Positions 19,389-29,958 of a DNA stretch of 64,000 bases are shown piece after piece. Source of the DNA: Candidatus Magasanikiibacteriota bacterium (GTDB lineage: Bacteria; Patescibacteriota; Patescibacteriia; Magasanikbacterales; UBA922). Where the stretch lies: contig CAILTG010000055.1 in the NCBI GenBank assembly GCA_903837125.1, positions 2,199-66,198 of the forward strand, given 5' to 3'. Numbering within the stretch: the stretch's first letter is position 1; every line of letters begins with the position of its first letter. A program made the position numbers and the translations under genes. The notes under the pieces are model-generated. The model was given only the letters and a program-made list of their open reading frames with translations, had not been told where the DNA came from and did not search any database.

Positions 19389-20003
19389 ATGAACAACTCC
19401 AAAAACAACCAAACAGAGCCATCTTCTCAATACCTTATTCCCACAGTAATTGAAAAAACCAGTAATGGCGAAAGGGCTTATGACATATATTCTCGTCTAC
19501 TAAAAGACCGAATAATTTTCTTAGGCAGTGCCATTGACGATGGTGTAGCCAATACCGTAATCGCCCAACTATTATTTTTGGCCAACCAAAATCCAGATGA
19601 AGATATTAAATTGTATATAAATTCTCCTGGTGGATCAGTTAGTGCCGGCCTGGCGATTTATGATACTATGCAATTTATTAAACCCGATGTTTCTACCATT
19701 TGTGTAGGCATGGCGGCTTCCATGGCTTCAGTATTATTGGCAGCCGGAGCCAAAGGCAAAAGATTTTGTTTACCAAATTCTGAAGTAATGATTCATCAAA
19801 TTATGGGCGGCATGGAAGGCCAGGCTTCAGACATTAAAATTCATGCCGAAAGAATTCTCAAACTCAAAACTAGATTAAATGAAATTTTAGTTAAGCATAC
19901 CGGCCAAACTTTGGATAAAATAGACAAAGATACTGACCGCGATTATTTTATGGATGCCAAAGAGGCAGTGAAGTATGGACTGGTAGATAAAATGATTGAG
20001 TAA
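19389..20003 (+). CDS. clpP: ATP-dependent Clp protease proteolytic subunit
   Basis: [34 protein letters not shown] (Ser), MIHQ (His), DRD (Asp). Confidence 0.98.
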   Translation: MNNSKNNQTEPSSQYLIPTVIEKTSNGERAYDIYSRLLKDRIIFLGSAIDDGVANTVIAQLLFLANQNPDEDIKLYINSPGGSVSAGLAIYDTMQFIKPDVSTICVGMAASMASVLLAAGAKGKRFCLPNSEVMIHQIMGGMEGQASDIKIHAERILKLKTRLNEILVKHTGQTLDKIDKDTDRDYFMDAKEAVKYGLVDKMIE

Positions 20004-20012
20004 ACAAAATTA

Positions 20013-20050
20013 TAAAAAAATCCCCAAGCTTTTTAGCCGGGGGATTTTTT
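20013..20050. terminator. Bidirectional intrinsic terminator
   Basis: aaaaaatcccc...ggggatttttt between convergent genes. Confidence 0.8.
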
Positions 20051-20060
20051 AATTGTTATT

Positions 20061-23000
20061 TCAACCTAGCAGCTCTTTTAAACCCAATAAATCCAAATTT
20101 ATTAATTTTTCTTTATTAATTTTCCCTAAAGTAACCAAACCTCTTTCTTTTAATTCAACATCATCAATTTCACCAGCTAATAATCTTTTGGCAACATTTT
20201 CATCAAGCGTAACCATTTCTTCCATCACTGTTCTTGATAGATTATCCAAGTGATCGGCCGCGGTAACAGTTGCCTTCAGTAAATATCTGAACTGCGAGTC
20301 CATCTTTTCCCCACTTTCTTCTAAAAGAGCATAAAGTATTTTATTGGCTTTATCTTTGGTTGAAACATCACTCCCAATGATTTCTTGGATTTTCCCTTCA
20401 TCCCAACTAACACTAGCATATTTTTTTACCAATTCAGAAATTTTTAGCAAACATTTTTCCGGACGAAGTTGCAATCCAAACAAACTGGTTAAAAAATCTC
20501 TAAAATCTTCCGCGCCATCATATTCACCTTCATACTTTTTCTTGAGATGATTAGGCATTGATTCGGACTTAGAGCATCCCACACTTCCCAGATCAATAAA
20601 GGTTGCTTTTGGTTTTAATAAAGGCACCACATCTAAATAAAAATTACCGGAATGCAAATCGGCATGAAAAATTCCACCCGTAGTAACTTCCCTCAAAAAT
20701 TCCAAACCCAATTCGGATTGAAGTTTTCCCACATCTAGATCTAAAATTCTTTTTTCAATGTCCTGCAATCGTTCTTTCCCATAAAGTTCAGCCAACCTTT
20801 TGCCAATCTCTTTAATTTTTTCAACATCACTTTCTTCAACTGCTCTTTGAAATTCCTGAATTTCTTTCAACGAAAGACCATGCACAAATTCTTCAACCAT
20901 TAGACCAATATCTTCATCTTCTTCTGAACCTGGATAACTTACTTCATTAATCTGTAACGGAGCGGTAACTCCCAAAAAAACAGTTTCAGTACTGCCGGAT
21001 TTAAATGACAATTCTAAAGTTGCCTCCCGTTGTTTCAAAGATTCTCCCATTTTCCTTTGATTTTCGGCCTCATTAACAAAAGACAATTCATCAATAACCA
21101 ATCTTTCAATTTCATCCAAAAGATAACTAGGAACATTAAACTTTTTTGACTCCAAAACAGCAACAATTTTGCGCAAAACTTCCATGTCAGCGACAAAATT
21201 CTTATCAATGTTTGGTTGTTTGCCCTTTATAGCTACTATTTGATTGTCTTCGGTAAGCCCCTTGGCCACTTCCTTAATAGAAGCACTACCAACAATCTCT
21301 CCTATTTGTCTTATCATCCCTTCATCGCCATGCACCAATCCCGCTGATTCAGCATAGGCCAATAATCCTCGTTTGGAAAATGGTTTGGTTTTATCTTTAA
21401 GACCGGATAGTTCTCTCCTAATTTTTTCCGGTAAAAGCCCTGGCTGTTCCGACAATACTTGTCCTGCTTTTATCCCCACAACACCAATCTGTTCCAACAA
21501 AAGCTTAATAATTTCTCCAGCGCTCATTTCCTTTCCCTCTTTTTTGGTTGCGCCGACTGCTTCAACAATATTCACCATGAGCTCTGCTCGACGAGCCGGT
21601 TCTTTCTGTTGAACAAAAAGTTCTCTAAAAATTGTTTCCAAAAGTTCTTTACCGCGTTGATTGGTTTCATGTTCTTCAGGCAGACTATCATCTATTCTCT
21701 GCTCTTTAAAAATAGATTTAAAAACATTATCAACAGTGTGTCTAATTAAATCATTTTCCCTTTCCCACATTTTCCAAGGATAAATATTCTCTACATCTTC
21801 GTCGCTGGCATCATCAGCAAGAGAAGTATCACCTCCCTTTGCCTCCATCACTCCATTTTGTCCCAATAATAAATCATATAATAAATGGCGCCGTTCGTTA
21901 GGAGTCATTTCCCACAAAACGTTTGCTCTTTCTTCCAATGATATTCCAGTCTGTTCAACTGAAAATTTTTCCGCAAAAGGTTGTTTTCCACCCAGCATCC
22001 AAATTAAATAATCGCTTCTCTCAATGGGATTTAATCCTGCTATATAAAACCTAAATTTTTCAATTGATGAAAATTGTCTCCCAACCATTTTTGATTCATC
22101 TCCTTTAGGCCATTTTACTTCCTCAGAATAGCGCATCATCCAAACTTGTCTGATTTGATCGGGGGTCTGAGCCAAATCCATTCCGATTGACTCTAAAACA
22201 TAATCCTTTTCCCAGGTTGGTTCTTCATATAATGAATTTATCCGATGCAAATACTCATCAAAAGTTCCTGGATCCTTTTTTATATTTTCTTGAAGTTCTG
22301 GCCACAGCGCTATTCTTTCCACTTCCATTAATAATCTTCTCAAAACCGGCTTCGCATCTGGACTAATTTTTTCAGACATGGCTTGTTCTATTTTGTGACG
22401 GATTAAATAAGCCTGTTCTTTTGGCAATTTTTCTAAGGCCTTAACGACATTCTCAACCTTAAATATTCTATATTTCTTTAAAAAGGAGATGTCTTTATAC
22501 AAAGGAAAATGTTCCAAAACTTCATCTAAATCAATATCTGTTTTATTCAATTGCACCCCCAATTTTTCAAGCAAATCTGCCCCTAAAGTAGTTTCTAAAA
22601 TCTGCCAAATTTCCACTGCCAATTGATTTTTAATAAATACATCTCTTAAAGGATGGCGGTCAGGCAGATCTTCTAAAACCCGTACCGACAATTTTTCTGT
22701 GTCTGCTAAATTTTCGGCTTCATCCAAAGCCTTTGTATGCCAATCCATTAAAGGTTGTGAAACCCATCTGAGACGATAAACTGGTCCAATTTCTAACCGA
22801 CTTTTTTCGTTTTCTACCACCTGATCTGAAAAAACCATTACTTCGCTCTCTTTCGCTAGAGTTAATGATCCCAGTCTTTCTTCTGAACTAGTAGATAACA
22901 AATTATACCTTTGCAAAAGTCTACTTTGAAGTTCTGAAAATTCTCTAGCCTTATCATAAGTTGTGTTAATTTTCTTTTTTCTTACTTTATTCACCTTTAC

Positions 23001-26000
23001 GTCATATTCAGTTTGACGTAAATCAAATTTTCCTCTCTCTTGTATCGTGTACTTTCCACTTTGTACATTTACAAGATGTGCTACGTCGTAAATAATAATT
23101 CCTCGATCAGACAAACTTAAAACTCCTCCATCATTTTGAAGATTTTCAGCGTTTAAGTCTGTGTCTGCCACTTTAAATTCTATCCTTTCCTCGCACGGCA
23201 ACCTAACCACTACAGTTAAGGATCCTTTGCCATTCATGGTATGTGCGAAACTCTCTGGGTTTAAAATCTCCACATCCTCTTGCTGTAAGGCTGCCACAAA
23301 AAATTCCTTTTTTTTCTTCCAGCTTTTTTCTGTCTGCTTAGCATTTTCAATCTGGCTGGAAATTTGATTCCTTTCTGAGCCTTCATGAGCAAAACTAGTA
23401 AAATGCTTCGCCCATTCTTCAATCTCTTCTAGTGTTTGAACACCTAAAAATTGCATTTTTTTATCCAAAATAAATTCTTTAAAAAAGCCCGGTTGCATTT
23501 TTTTTATTTCTTCCAAATTACCACGATCTTCCACCACTCGTTTCAACTCACTGCGAAATTTAGGCAGATCTTGTCGAAATTTTCCCATCTTTTCAGCATT
23601 TGGTTTATCAGAGCCTACTAAAGTTTCAATATTCTTAACAATAAATTCAGTGGCATCACCATTCCAGACATCTTGCATAAATAACTGCCAAGAAAAACCC
23701 GTAAACTGTAAATCTATATTATCACGTTTATAAATTCGACTGAGAAAAAAGGCATACTCTTCATATAAATGTTTAGGAAAATTCTCTCTCTCAATAATTT
23801 TTTTAGGTTTTTTTCTATCTCTATTATCTATCCTTTCAACATCAACCCCTAGCCCGGCAGGATTCAGCTGTATCCATTCCCAATGACTCATTTGTTCATC
23901 TAATTTTTTAAATCCCTCTATCTGCGACCAATCCTCTCTATAAACAACAGACAACTTTCTCCAAAATTCTATAAAAGTAGAATAGAATTTTTCTTTATTT
24001 TTTGGGTGAATATCGTCAGTAAACTGTGTAAAAGAAACAAAATTACCCAAACACAAAGCTTTTATTTTAAGAAAAAAATAATCACCTTCAGAATATTTGC
24101 CTTGATATTTTTTAACAAAAAAATCCTTCAATTCTTTAACTCCTGGCCTTGATATTTTTTCTAAATATTTTAAAACATTTTCAGCTGAAGTAAATGGCTG
24201 CCCAGTTTTATCTCGATAACTTAAAGCCGAATCTTTCGGCCGATGATGTAACCAAACACTACCATCGCTAAAACAAGTAGCTTCGTTCTCTGTTTCTTTA
24301 TAAATTTTATCCTGGTCTGAATTACCATCCAGCCCTCTTACCAATTCAATTCTTTCAAGAACATCCTCAAGCGTATATGAAGATTTTAAAACTTGCCATA
24401 GTAACTTAGAAATGTCTCCTGCATACTCTCCTTGTTTGCCAATCTCTAAAAATCCCGTTTGCATTACCTTGGCCCCCTCATCTACTAAGTGGGAAATATT
24501 GTGTATAGCTGTGGTGCCGTAGTCATTTGTTTGAAAATTACGTTCTTCTTTAAAAAAATTTTGCAAGGTTCTATCAGTAAGCAGTCCCTCACTGTAGGCC
24601 ACTTCAATATAACCACGCACCTGCTCAACAAAATTTAAAACTTTCCCAGCCAGAGCTTTTAACTTTGTTTCTTTAAACTTTCTTTTTAAATCTTTGCTTT
24701 GCAATCCAAAAAAAATAGCTAATTTAGAGGCGATGTCTGTTTCTAAAATATGACTAGTATAAACTCTTTCAGCCGCCTGCTCTGAACCGACTTGTTCTGT
24801 TTTATCAACAATTTTTTTACCATACTCAAGCCACAAACGTTCTTCAGTTGCTGCCAAATGAGTATCAGATACCCGCAAGCAGGCACTATTTTGATTTCTG
24901 GTTTTTCCTCCTGATAATTGAAAACCATAAAGATATTTTTCATTTAATTTCACATCACAGTCTTCGGAAAGACCAAGATCTAACTGGATACCGGGGGGCG
25001 CTGTTGGATCAAGTTCAAAACGACGTAAATATTCAATTTGAGTGTTATATTCTTCATCATCTTTAGCTTCTAACCCGAAAGCTATTACAGACAAAATTTC
25101 ATAGTGAAGTTTATTTTGTCTATTTCTAAAAATACAGGAACCATCTGTAGAGAACACTTTATGTAAATTTTTACACTCCAAAATTTGATTCACCTCATTT
25201 AAAAATTTAATATCAACTTTATCCAATTGTCTAAATATAAGCAATCGACCATTTTCTTCATCTATATTGTTATAAAGATGACTAAGTACAAACCTTAAGG
25301 CTTTATCTGAAATATTTTCTAAACCTTCATGTTTTAAAAATTCTCTATAACTCATTACGGTCTTTTCCTCCAATGTTTTTGAAAATTCTCTTACTAGTGG
25401 AGGTTGATCAGTTGATTTTTTTGACCAACTATCAAATTCTAAATTTACATAATATTTTGTTGTGGCATACACAGTCTTACCAACTATTTTTGAAATTTCT
25501 TCCTCTATCTCCACCTCTTCTAGGGGCGATTCTTCTTCCCTTCTTTTGTGTACCCGGCCAGCTAAAGGTAAACTGTCAAGAATAGCCAATTTTGCAGCTT
25601 CGGCTCTTGGTTTTATTATTTTCTTTTTTATTTTACTTTTTACCAACTTACTTGTTTCAACAGCTAATATATTGTTATTGTACTGATTCCTTGTTTCAAG
25701 ATGCAAAAATTCAAAAAATATCTTCTTTAAACAAAACAACTTATCAGCTCTTCCCAGAGGCGCACCTTGATAATAACGTTTGGAAATTAAATCCCAAAAA
25801 TCACTTGTGTATTCATCTTCTTTCAACCAATCTTCAAAATCTTCTGAATTCAGTTCTCTACTTTCTAAATCATTCTTAGCCACCATTTCTTTTCTCTGTT
25901 CTTTTTCTCCAAGTATTATTTTACTATTTACTTCCATTTTTTTTATTTCGTCCGGAGTATTGGCCCAAAGCACTCTCTGTTCAATTGTCAATTCTTCATC

Positions 26001-27461
26001 TGAAACCTGACCCATGGGTTGTTTAACCATTTTATACTCAGCCTCACTCCAAACTTCTCCCTGGAGATTTGGGTAAGACAAACCAACCTGCAACTCCTCC
26101 CCTTTTTCTGTGGCTGCTTGTTTTTGTTTTTCAGCTATTTTCAAAGCTAAAAGAAAACTATGTAATTTTTCTAAAAAAAGTTTTCGGTAACCCATTGTTC
26201 CATGAGCAAATTCCTGAACCCTAAATTCCTCTTGCAAAACTCTGGAACCACCACTTTCTAAACTTCTCTGGCCTTCAACAGTAAGATAATATTGATACCC
26301 ATTTAATTCTGCCATTATTTCTAATAATTCTGGAACTGTTTTGTCAGAGAATTCACTTCCTCTGGCTTCTGGTTTTTTATCTTTCTCTCTTATTGTAACC
26401 AAAGCCTCCTTAACTTTATCTGGAAAAGGACTCATTTTCCTAGCCGCATTTGGCAATGGCAAATCTGTTGAATTAAATAACTTTTCTAATTCAACTATTC
26501 TGCTTGCAGTGGGCGGATGCGAAGATCCAAAAATAATACCCAAACTAGAGCCGTCACTTTTCCCGAAATGATGAAACGCTTCTATTAAACCTCTTGGGTT
26601 ATAGCCACTAGCATCGGCAATTTTCATTCCCTCGGCATCAGCATCATATTCCAGTCGTTGACTCTCTTCAGGACTTTTATCCTCTTTAAAATATTTTGGC
26701 TGTAAAAGGTGAGAAAATTCATGAGCTAAAACACCGGCCAACTCATCTATGGTGTCCATATTATTCACCAAACCCAAGTTAATAAAAATTGGCAGTTCAA
26801 TTTCCTCTTTACTACCAGATTGTAAATAATCTTTTAACAAAACACCGCTATCATTTCTCAAAACAAAAGCATTTATTGAACGATCCTTGGTTAAGTGCAC
26901 TAAGGGCATTAAATTTTTTAACCCGGCGGCCCTAAATAAATTTTGAACAATATTTTGTAAACAGCTTCTTACTTCTTTAAAAGCACACAATAATTCTTTG
27001 CTCTCCACAGGATGAGAACCTTCGGACAATTCTGAGCTATAATCTTCAGACTTTACGCAATAGTCACGAATAGGGTTGCGGGTTTCATCTACCAATTTTG
27101 CTCTTGCTTCTTTAAATTTTTCCAATCTTTCAGATTTTTTACCGGACAAAGTTAAGTCCCTATCTAAACTATCGTGTAATTTTTTTACAGCCCCTGCTTC
27201 TACAGCCGATAGTTGTTCTTTAATTTCTGCTAATCTTTCCAAATCAACATATTCTGTGCCTTTCACACGAATAACGCAGGTAGCAAAAACGCCACTCTTT
27301 GTTGACAAAGCATCACAGATTTTCCTTAAATTTGGATCACTAATATTCATCCGAACTAAAAAAGTATCCAAATCTTTTTTTAGATACAAAACTGTTCCTT
27401 TTTTGCGCCTCTCCCATTCTTTCCCTCTTTCGGCGCGTCTATGTGTATAGTCCATATACAA
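20061..27461 (-). CDS. Giant 2466-aa protein: N-terminal M48 zinc metallopeptidase plus C-terminal ABC1/AarF/UbiB atypical kinase
   Basis: INAFV, DELAGVLAHEFSH, EYDAD, GYNPRG, SHPPTASRI (M48); IKAGQVLS, GSASIKEV, VAIK, ELSFVNEAEN, FHADLHSGN, FIDLG (ABC1). ATG alternative at 27455. Confidence 0.85.
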   Translation of the reverse strand: MYMDYTHRRAERGKEWERRKKGTVLYLKKDLDTFLVRMNISDPNLRKICDALSTKSGVFATCVIRVKGTEYVDLERLAEIKEQLSAVEAGAVKKLHDSLDRDLTLSGKKSERLEKFKEARAKLVDETRNPIRDYCVKSEDYSSELSEGSHPVESKELLCAFKEVRSCLQNIVQNLFRAAGLKNLMPLVHLTKDRSINAFVLRNDSGVLLKDYLQSGSKEEIELPIFINLGLVNNMDTIDELAGVLAHEFSHLLQPKYFKEDKSPEESQRLEYDADAEGMKIADASGYNPRGLIEAFHHFGKSDGSSLGIIFGSSHPPTASRIVELEKLFNSTDLPLPNAARKMSPFPDKVKEALVTIREKDKKPEARGSEFSDKTVPELLEIMAELNGYQYYLTVEGQRSLESGGSRVLQEEFRVQEFAHGTMGYRKLFLEKLHSFLLALKIAEKQKQAATEKGEELQVGLSYPNLQGEVWSEAEYKMVKQPMGQVSDEELTIEQRVLWANTPDEIKKMEVNSKIILGEKEQRKEMVAKNDLESRELNSEDFEDWLKEDEYTSDFWDLISKRYYQGAPLGRADKLFCLKKIFFEFLHLETRNQYNNNILAVETSKLVKSKIKKKIIKPRAEAAKLAILDSLPLAGRVHKRREEESPLEEVEIEEEISKIVGKTVYATTKYYVNLEFDSWSKKSTDQPPLVREFSKTLEEKTVMSYREFLKHEGLENISDKALRFVLSHLYNNIDEENGRLLIFRQLDKVDIKFLNEVNQILECKNLHKVFSTDGSCIFRNRQNKLHYEILSVIAFGLEAKDDEEYNTQIEYLRRFELDPTAPPGIQLDLGLSEDCDVKLNEKYLYGFQLSGGKTRNQNSACLRVSDTHLAATEERLWLEYGKKIVDKTEQVGSEQAAERVYTSHILETDIASKLAIFFGLQSKDLKRKFKETKLKALAGKVLNFVEQVRGYIEVAYSEGLLTDRTLQNFFKEERNFQTNDYGTTAIHNISHLVDEGAKVMQTGFLEIGKQGEYAGDISKLLWQVLKSSYTLEDVLERIELVRGLDGNSDQDKIYKETENEATCFSDGSVWLHHRPKDSALSYRDKTGQPFTSAENVLKYLEKISRPGVKELKDFFVKKYQGKYSEGDYFFLKIKALCLGNFVSFTQFTDDIHPKNKEKFYSTFIEFWRKLSVVYREDWSQIEGFKKLDEQMSHWEWIQLNPAGLGVDVERIDNRDRKKPKKIIERENFPKHLYEEYAFFLSRIYKRDNIDLQFTGFSWQLFMQDVWNGDATEFIVKNIETLVGSDKPNAEKMGKFRQDLPKFRSELKRVVEDRGNLEEIKKMQPGFFKEFILDKKMQFLGVQTLEEIEEWAKHFTSFAHEGSERNQISSQIENAKQTEKSWKKKKEFFVAALQQEDVEILNPESFAHTMNGKGSLTVVVRLPCEERIEFKVADTDLNAENLQNDGGVLSLSDRGIIIYDVAHLVNVQSGKYTIQERGKFDLRQTEYDVKVNKVRKKKINTTYDKAREFSELQSRLLQRYNLLSTSSEERLGSLTLAKESEVMVFSDQVVENEKSRLEIGPVYRLRWVSQPLMDWHTKALDEAENLADTEKLSVRVLEDLPDRHPLRDVFIKNQLAVEIWQILETTLGADLLEKLGVQLNKTDIDLDEVLEHFPLYKDISFLKKYRIFKVENVVKALEKLPKEQAYLIRHKIEQAMSEKISPDAKPVLRRLLMEVERIALWPELQENIKKDPGTFDEYLHRINSLYEEPTWEKDYVLESIGMDLAQTPDQIRQVWMMRYSEEVKWPKGDESKMVGRQFSSIEKFRFYIAGLNPIERSDYLIWMLGGKQPFAEKFSVEQTGISLEERANVLWEMTPNERRHLLYDLLLGQNGVMEAKGGDTSLADDASDEDVENIYPWKMWERENDLIRHTVDNVFKSIFKEQRIDDSLPEEHETNQRGKELLETIFRELFVQQKEPARRAELMVNIVEAVGATKKEGKEMSAGEIIKLLLEQIGVVGIKAGQVLSEQPGLLPEKIRRELSGLKDKTKPFSKRGLLAYAESAGLVHGDEGMIRQIGEIVGSASIKEVAKGLTEDNQIVAIKGKQPNIDKNFVADMEVLRKIVAVLESKKFNVPSYLLDEIERLVIDELSFVNEAENQRKMGESLKQREATLELSFKSGSTETVFLGVTAPLQINEVSYPGSEEDEDIGLMVEEFVHGLSLKEIQEFQRAVEESDVEKIKEIGKRLAELYGKERLQDIEKRILDLDVGKLQSELGLEFLREVTTGGIFHADLHSGNFYLDVVPLLKPKATFIDLGSVGCSKSESMPNHLKKKYEGEYDGAEDFRDFLTSLFGLQLRPEKCLLKISELVKKYASVSWDEGKIQEIIGSDVSTKDKANKILYALLEESGEKMDSQFRYLLKATVTAADHLDNLSRTVMEEMVTLDENVAKRLLAGEIDDVELKERGLVTLGKINKEKLINLDLLGLKELLG

Positions 27462-27553
27462 ACTTTATTAGACTATAATATGATAAGCATATAATCACGT
27501 CGAGTTTCGCAAAAAACAAAACCAACATTTTATTTTTTGACTCAACTCTAGCG

Positions 27554-27582
27554 ATTATAGCACATTTTAGCCTTTTTGTCAA
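27554..27582 (-). promoter_or_regulatory. Consensus sigma70 promoter for the 2466-aa gene
   Basis: TTGACA-17 nt-TATAAT with extended -10 TG. Confidence 0.8.
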
Positions 27583-27604
27583 CTCAAATTTTGGCTAATT
27601 TAAA

Positions 27605-27650
27605 ACAAAAAAAACAAACCCCGTCTCGCTTTAACGAAATCGGGGTTTTT
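27605..27650 (-). terminator. Intrinsic terminator of the orphan ncRNA unit
   Basis: Minus strand aaaccccg...cggggttt followed by gtttttttt. Confidence 0.75.
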
Positions 27651-27890
27651 GATTTTGAAGAGGGAATTATCCCCCAATACTGCATCCAAGAAGGTGTGTT
27701 GTAGGAAAAGACGAGCCGAAGCCTGTACTGCCCTATCACACACCTCCATGCTTGTCGTGGATACAGAAAGATGCCTGTTTTGATGAATATTGAGCGATAA
27801 AACCAGCACTTATTCTGAATCCAACTTCTTATTTTTTAAAATGAATGATTGAATGACTAAATGATTGATAACTTACCTGCTTATAGGCAA
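27612..27890 (-). ncRNA. Candidate structured ncRNA of unknown family
   Basis: Own perfect promoter and terminator, no credible ORF, long rod fold 27667-27800 capped by a cUUCGg loop. Confidence 0.55.
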
Positions 27891-27896
27891 CAGAGG

Positions 27897-27925
27897 ATTA
27901 TATCACACACAGATCATTCTGTCAA
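27897..27925 (-). promoter_or_regulatory. Consensus sigma70 promoter of the orphan unit
   Basis: TTGACA-gaatgatctgtgtgtga-TATAAT (17 nt, extended -10). Confidence 0.82.
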
Positions 27926-27946
27926 GGAGGATATGGGGATAAATAA

Positions 27947-27974
27947 AAAATTTCGCTCTATTAAGCGAAATTTT
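27947..27974 (-). terminator. Terminator after the VanW-family gene
   Basis: aaaatttcgct-ctatta-agcgaaatttt. Confidence 0.7.
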
Positions 27975-28015
27975 ATAATTTTAAATCTTTCAATCATCTA
28001 ATCATTCGCCACTCC

Positions 28016-29956
28016 TCACTCCACTGTCGCTGGTACATCCACAGCAGTTTCTAAAGTACTGGTACTTGCCAGCACCTCTACTCCCACCAAACAAATTTTT
28101 GGCAGAGCCCGATAATGACTTTCAAAAACCCGATCTTCTTTTTGGCCATTAGCTAAAATACGAGTGTAAGTAAAAGAAGTATCCGCCCCTCTAAAAGCAT
28201 TCTGACATTGTCTTTTTCCTGGAGCAATTTTATCTGTTTCTACATCTTTAGGATCACCCACTGAATACCACTTTAACACTACCGGATGAGTATAACTCCC
28301 CTGCCGGCCATCACTAGTACCCCACAAAGTAAATTCCAGTTCCTGTTTTTTAACATTCATAAAAGTTTGCAAAAGCAAATAATTACCAGTATCATTCAAA
28401 AATTTAAAATCAGGAGCTGGATCATAAACAGTGGCATCAGTACCAGGATTATGATTAAAAGCGTCATTATAATGAGAAACCACCAAAGAATGATTTCTGC
28501 GTTCGGTAATAGTCATACCAGAATTCATAGCCATCCGAAACAAAGTAGTGCCAATCTGACAAAGACCACCGCCAATTTCTGCTTTCATTTCATCTCCTTT
28601 AATTACCAACTCCGGAAAATAACCACCCTCTAAAGTAAATGGAGCGGTATATTTTAAAGTAGAGAATTCTTCACCTGGTTTTATTAAAATACCATTCAAT
28701 TTATTAATAGCATTTTTTATATTTTTAATACGATTATTAGGACTGTTGGAATAATCAGAATAACCCACACCTAACATTTCTTTAACACCTAAATTATTAA
28801 CATCACCGGTTTTTATGTTTGGCTCAACTTGAACCACAGCAATAGTTATCGCCTTGGTTAAACCCTGATCATGCCAAGTACGGTCAATAACCGCCTGATT
28901 AATTAAATTATAAGTTGTCTCTACATCTACCGTTAATCCAGGACGAGAACCTAAAAATTCCACCACCTTACCATTTTCATCCATTTTAAATTTAGCATCC
29001 AAAGGTGAAACATCTATATCTGCGGCAGTTATTTTCTTTAAAAAAGCCACCACTGAGTCTTTAGCTAAACCTATAACAAAATCATTATTGGTGGTTTTTT
29101 GTACATTCAACCAACTTTTTATTTGATCCAAATTAATGAGCCAACCATATTCTCTTCTGGTTTCTGGATTAGTATATTGCAAATGTAAATCACCGGCCAA
29201 AAAAACCTGAGGCAATCTTTTTTCAAGAGCCAACACATCATTCTCTAGCACATCGGGAATTTTTTCTTGTCTACCTATTTCCAAATTGATTGCTTCCAGC
29301 TCCGACCAGTTATTCCCCACCTGGCTGCTAATATTTTGATAATCAAAAATTACCCCTGGGGAAGAAGAAACTATTTTATAATTCAAAGGATTGATAGACT
29401 GAACTGAGAGCGAAGCATTTTGGGGAGGAATTTCTTCACTAATTAAATTTTCTTTTATGGCCTCAACCAGTCTAACTTCATCCACTTTAACAGTTTGCAA
29501 CTTCACCTGTTCTTTATTAAAAAGCAAAGAAAGTAAATTAAGTGTTTGAGAAAAAAAATCATTACTTTTTTTATAATTTAATAAAAGAGGTACTTCTTTT
29601 TCAATATCCAAACTCACCAAATCCACTGAATCGCCTTGGGTGGTAATAACTGGATAAATAGTAAAACTCTTTTTTTTGCCATTGACCTCATAATTAAAAT
29701 GCAGACCTTCATTAACTAATTTATTATCCATTTTCTGCAAAAAACCTTTTAAATCCCCAGCAGTCAAGCCGCCAATACCAATTTCACCCAAATAAACATT
29801 GGGAAATACTTTATTTTTAAAAGTATAAGCATAAACCGAAAAGCCAGAAAACAATAAAATAACCACCAAAAAAAATACCCCCACAACAAAAAAAATACGG
29901 GGCCGATAAAACCTTATTTTAACCTCCTTAAAAAAATTGGCTACTTTTTCTTTCAT
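28016..29956 (-). CDS. VanW-family protein with N-terminal TM and YoaR-like peptidoglycan-binding repeats
   Basis: NRIKNIKNAINKLNGILIKPGEEFS, IGGGLCQIGTTLFR, ERRNHS, GTDATVY...DFKFLNDT. Confidence 0.9.
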   Translation of the reverse strand: MKEKVANFFKEVKIRFYRPRIFFVVGVFFLVVILLFSGFSVYAYTFKNKVFPNVYLGEIGIGGLTAGDLKGFLQKMDNKLVNEGLHFNYEVNGKKKSFTIYPVITTQGDSVDLVSLDIEKEVPLLLNYKKSNDFFSQTLNLLSLLFNKEQVKLQTVKVDEVRLVEAIKENLISEEIPPQNASLSVQSINPLNYKIVSSSPGVIFDYQNISSQVGNNWSELEAINLEIGRQEKIPDVLENDVLALEKRLPQVFLAGDLHLQYTNPETRREYGWLINLDQIKSWLNVQKTTNNDFVIGLAKDSVVAFLKKITAADIDVSPLDAKFKMDENGKVVEFLGSRPGLTVDVETTYNLINQAVIDRTWHDQGLTKAITIAVVQVEPNIKTGDVNNLGVKEMLGVGYSDYSNSPNNRIKNIKNAINKLNGILIKPGEEFSTLKYTAPFTLEGGYFPELVIKGDEMKAEIGGGLCQIGTTLFRMAMNSGMTITERRNHSLVVSHYNDAFNHNPGTDATVYDPAPDFKFLNDTGNYLLLQTFMNVKKQELEFTLWGTSDGRQGSYTHPVVLKWYSVGDPKDVETDKIAPGKRQCQNAFRGADTSFTYTRILANGQKEDRVFESHYRALPKICLVGVEVLASTSTLETAVDVPATVE

Positions 29957-29958
29957 AA

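Noticed and set aside
27600-27809. 69-aa ORF in the orphan unit, or a type I toxin
   Set aside because: GTG start, runs through the terminator, no hydrophobic toxin helix; the internal GGAGG is followed by GTG-TGA
27612-27890. Identification as tmRNA, RNase P RNA or SRP RNA
   Set aside because: No tRNA-like T arm/CCA end, no GAGGAAAGUCC, no GNRA/AGCAG helix-8 motif
28016-29956. VanW as a vancomycin-resistance locus
   Set aside because: No vanHAX/vanRS genes; standalone VanW/YoaR proteins are common cell-wall proteins
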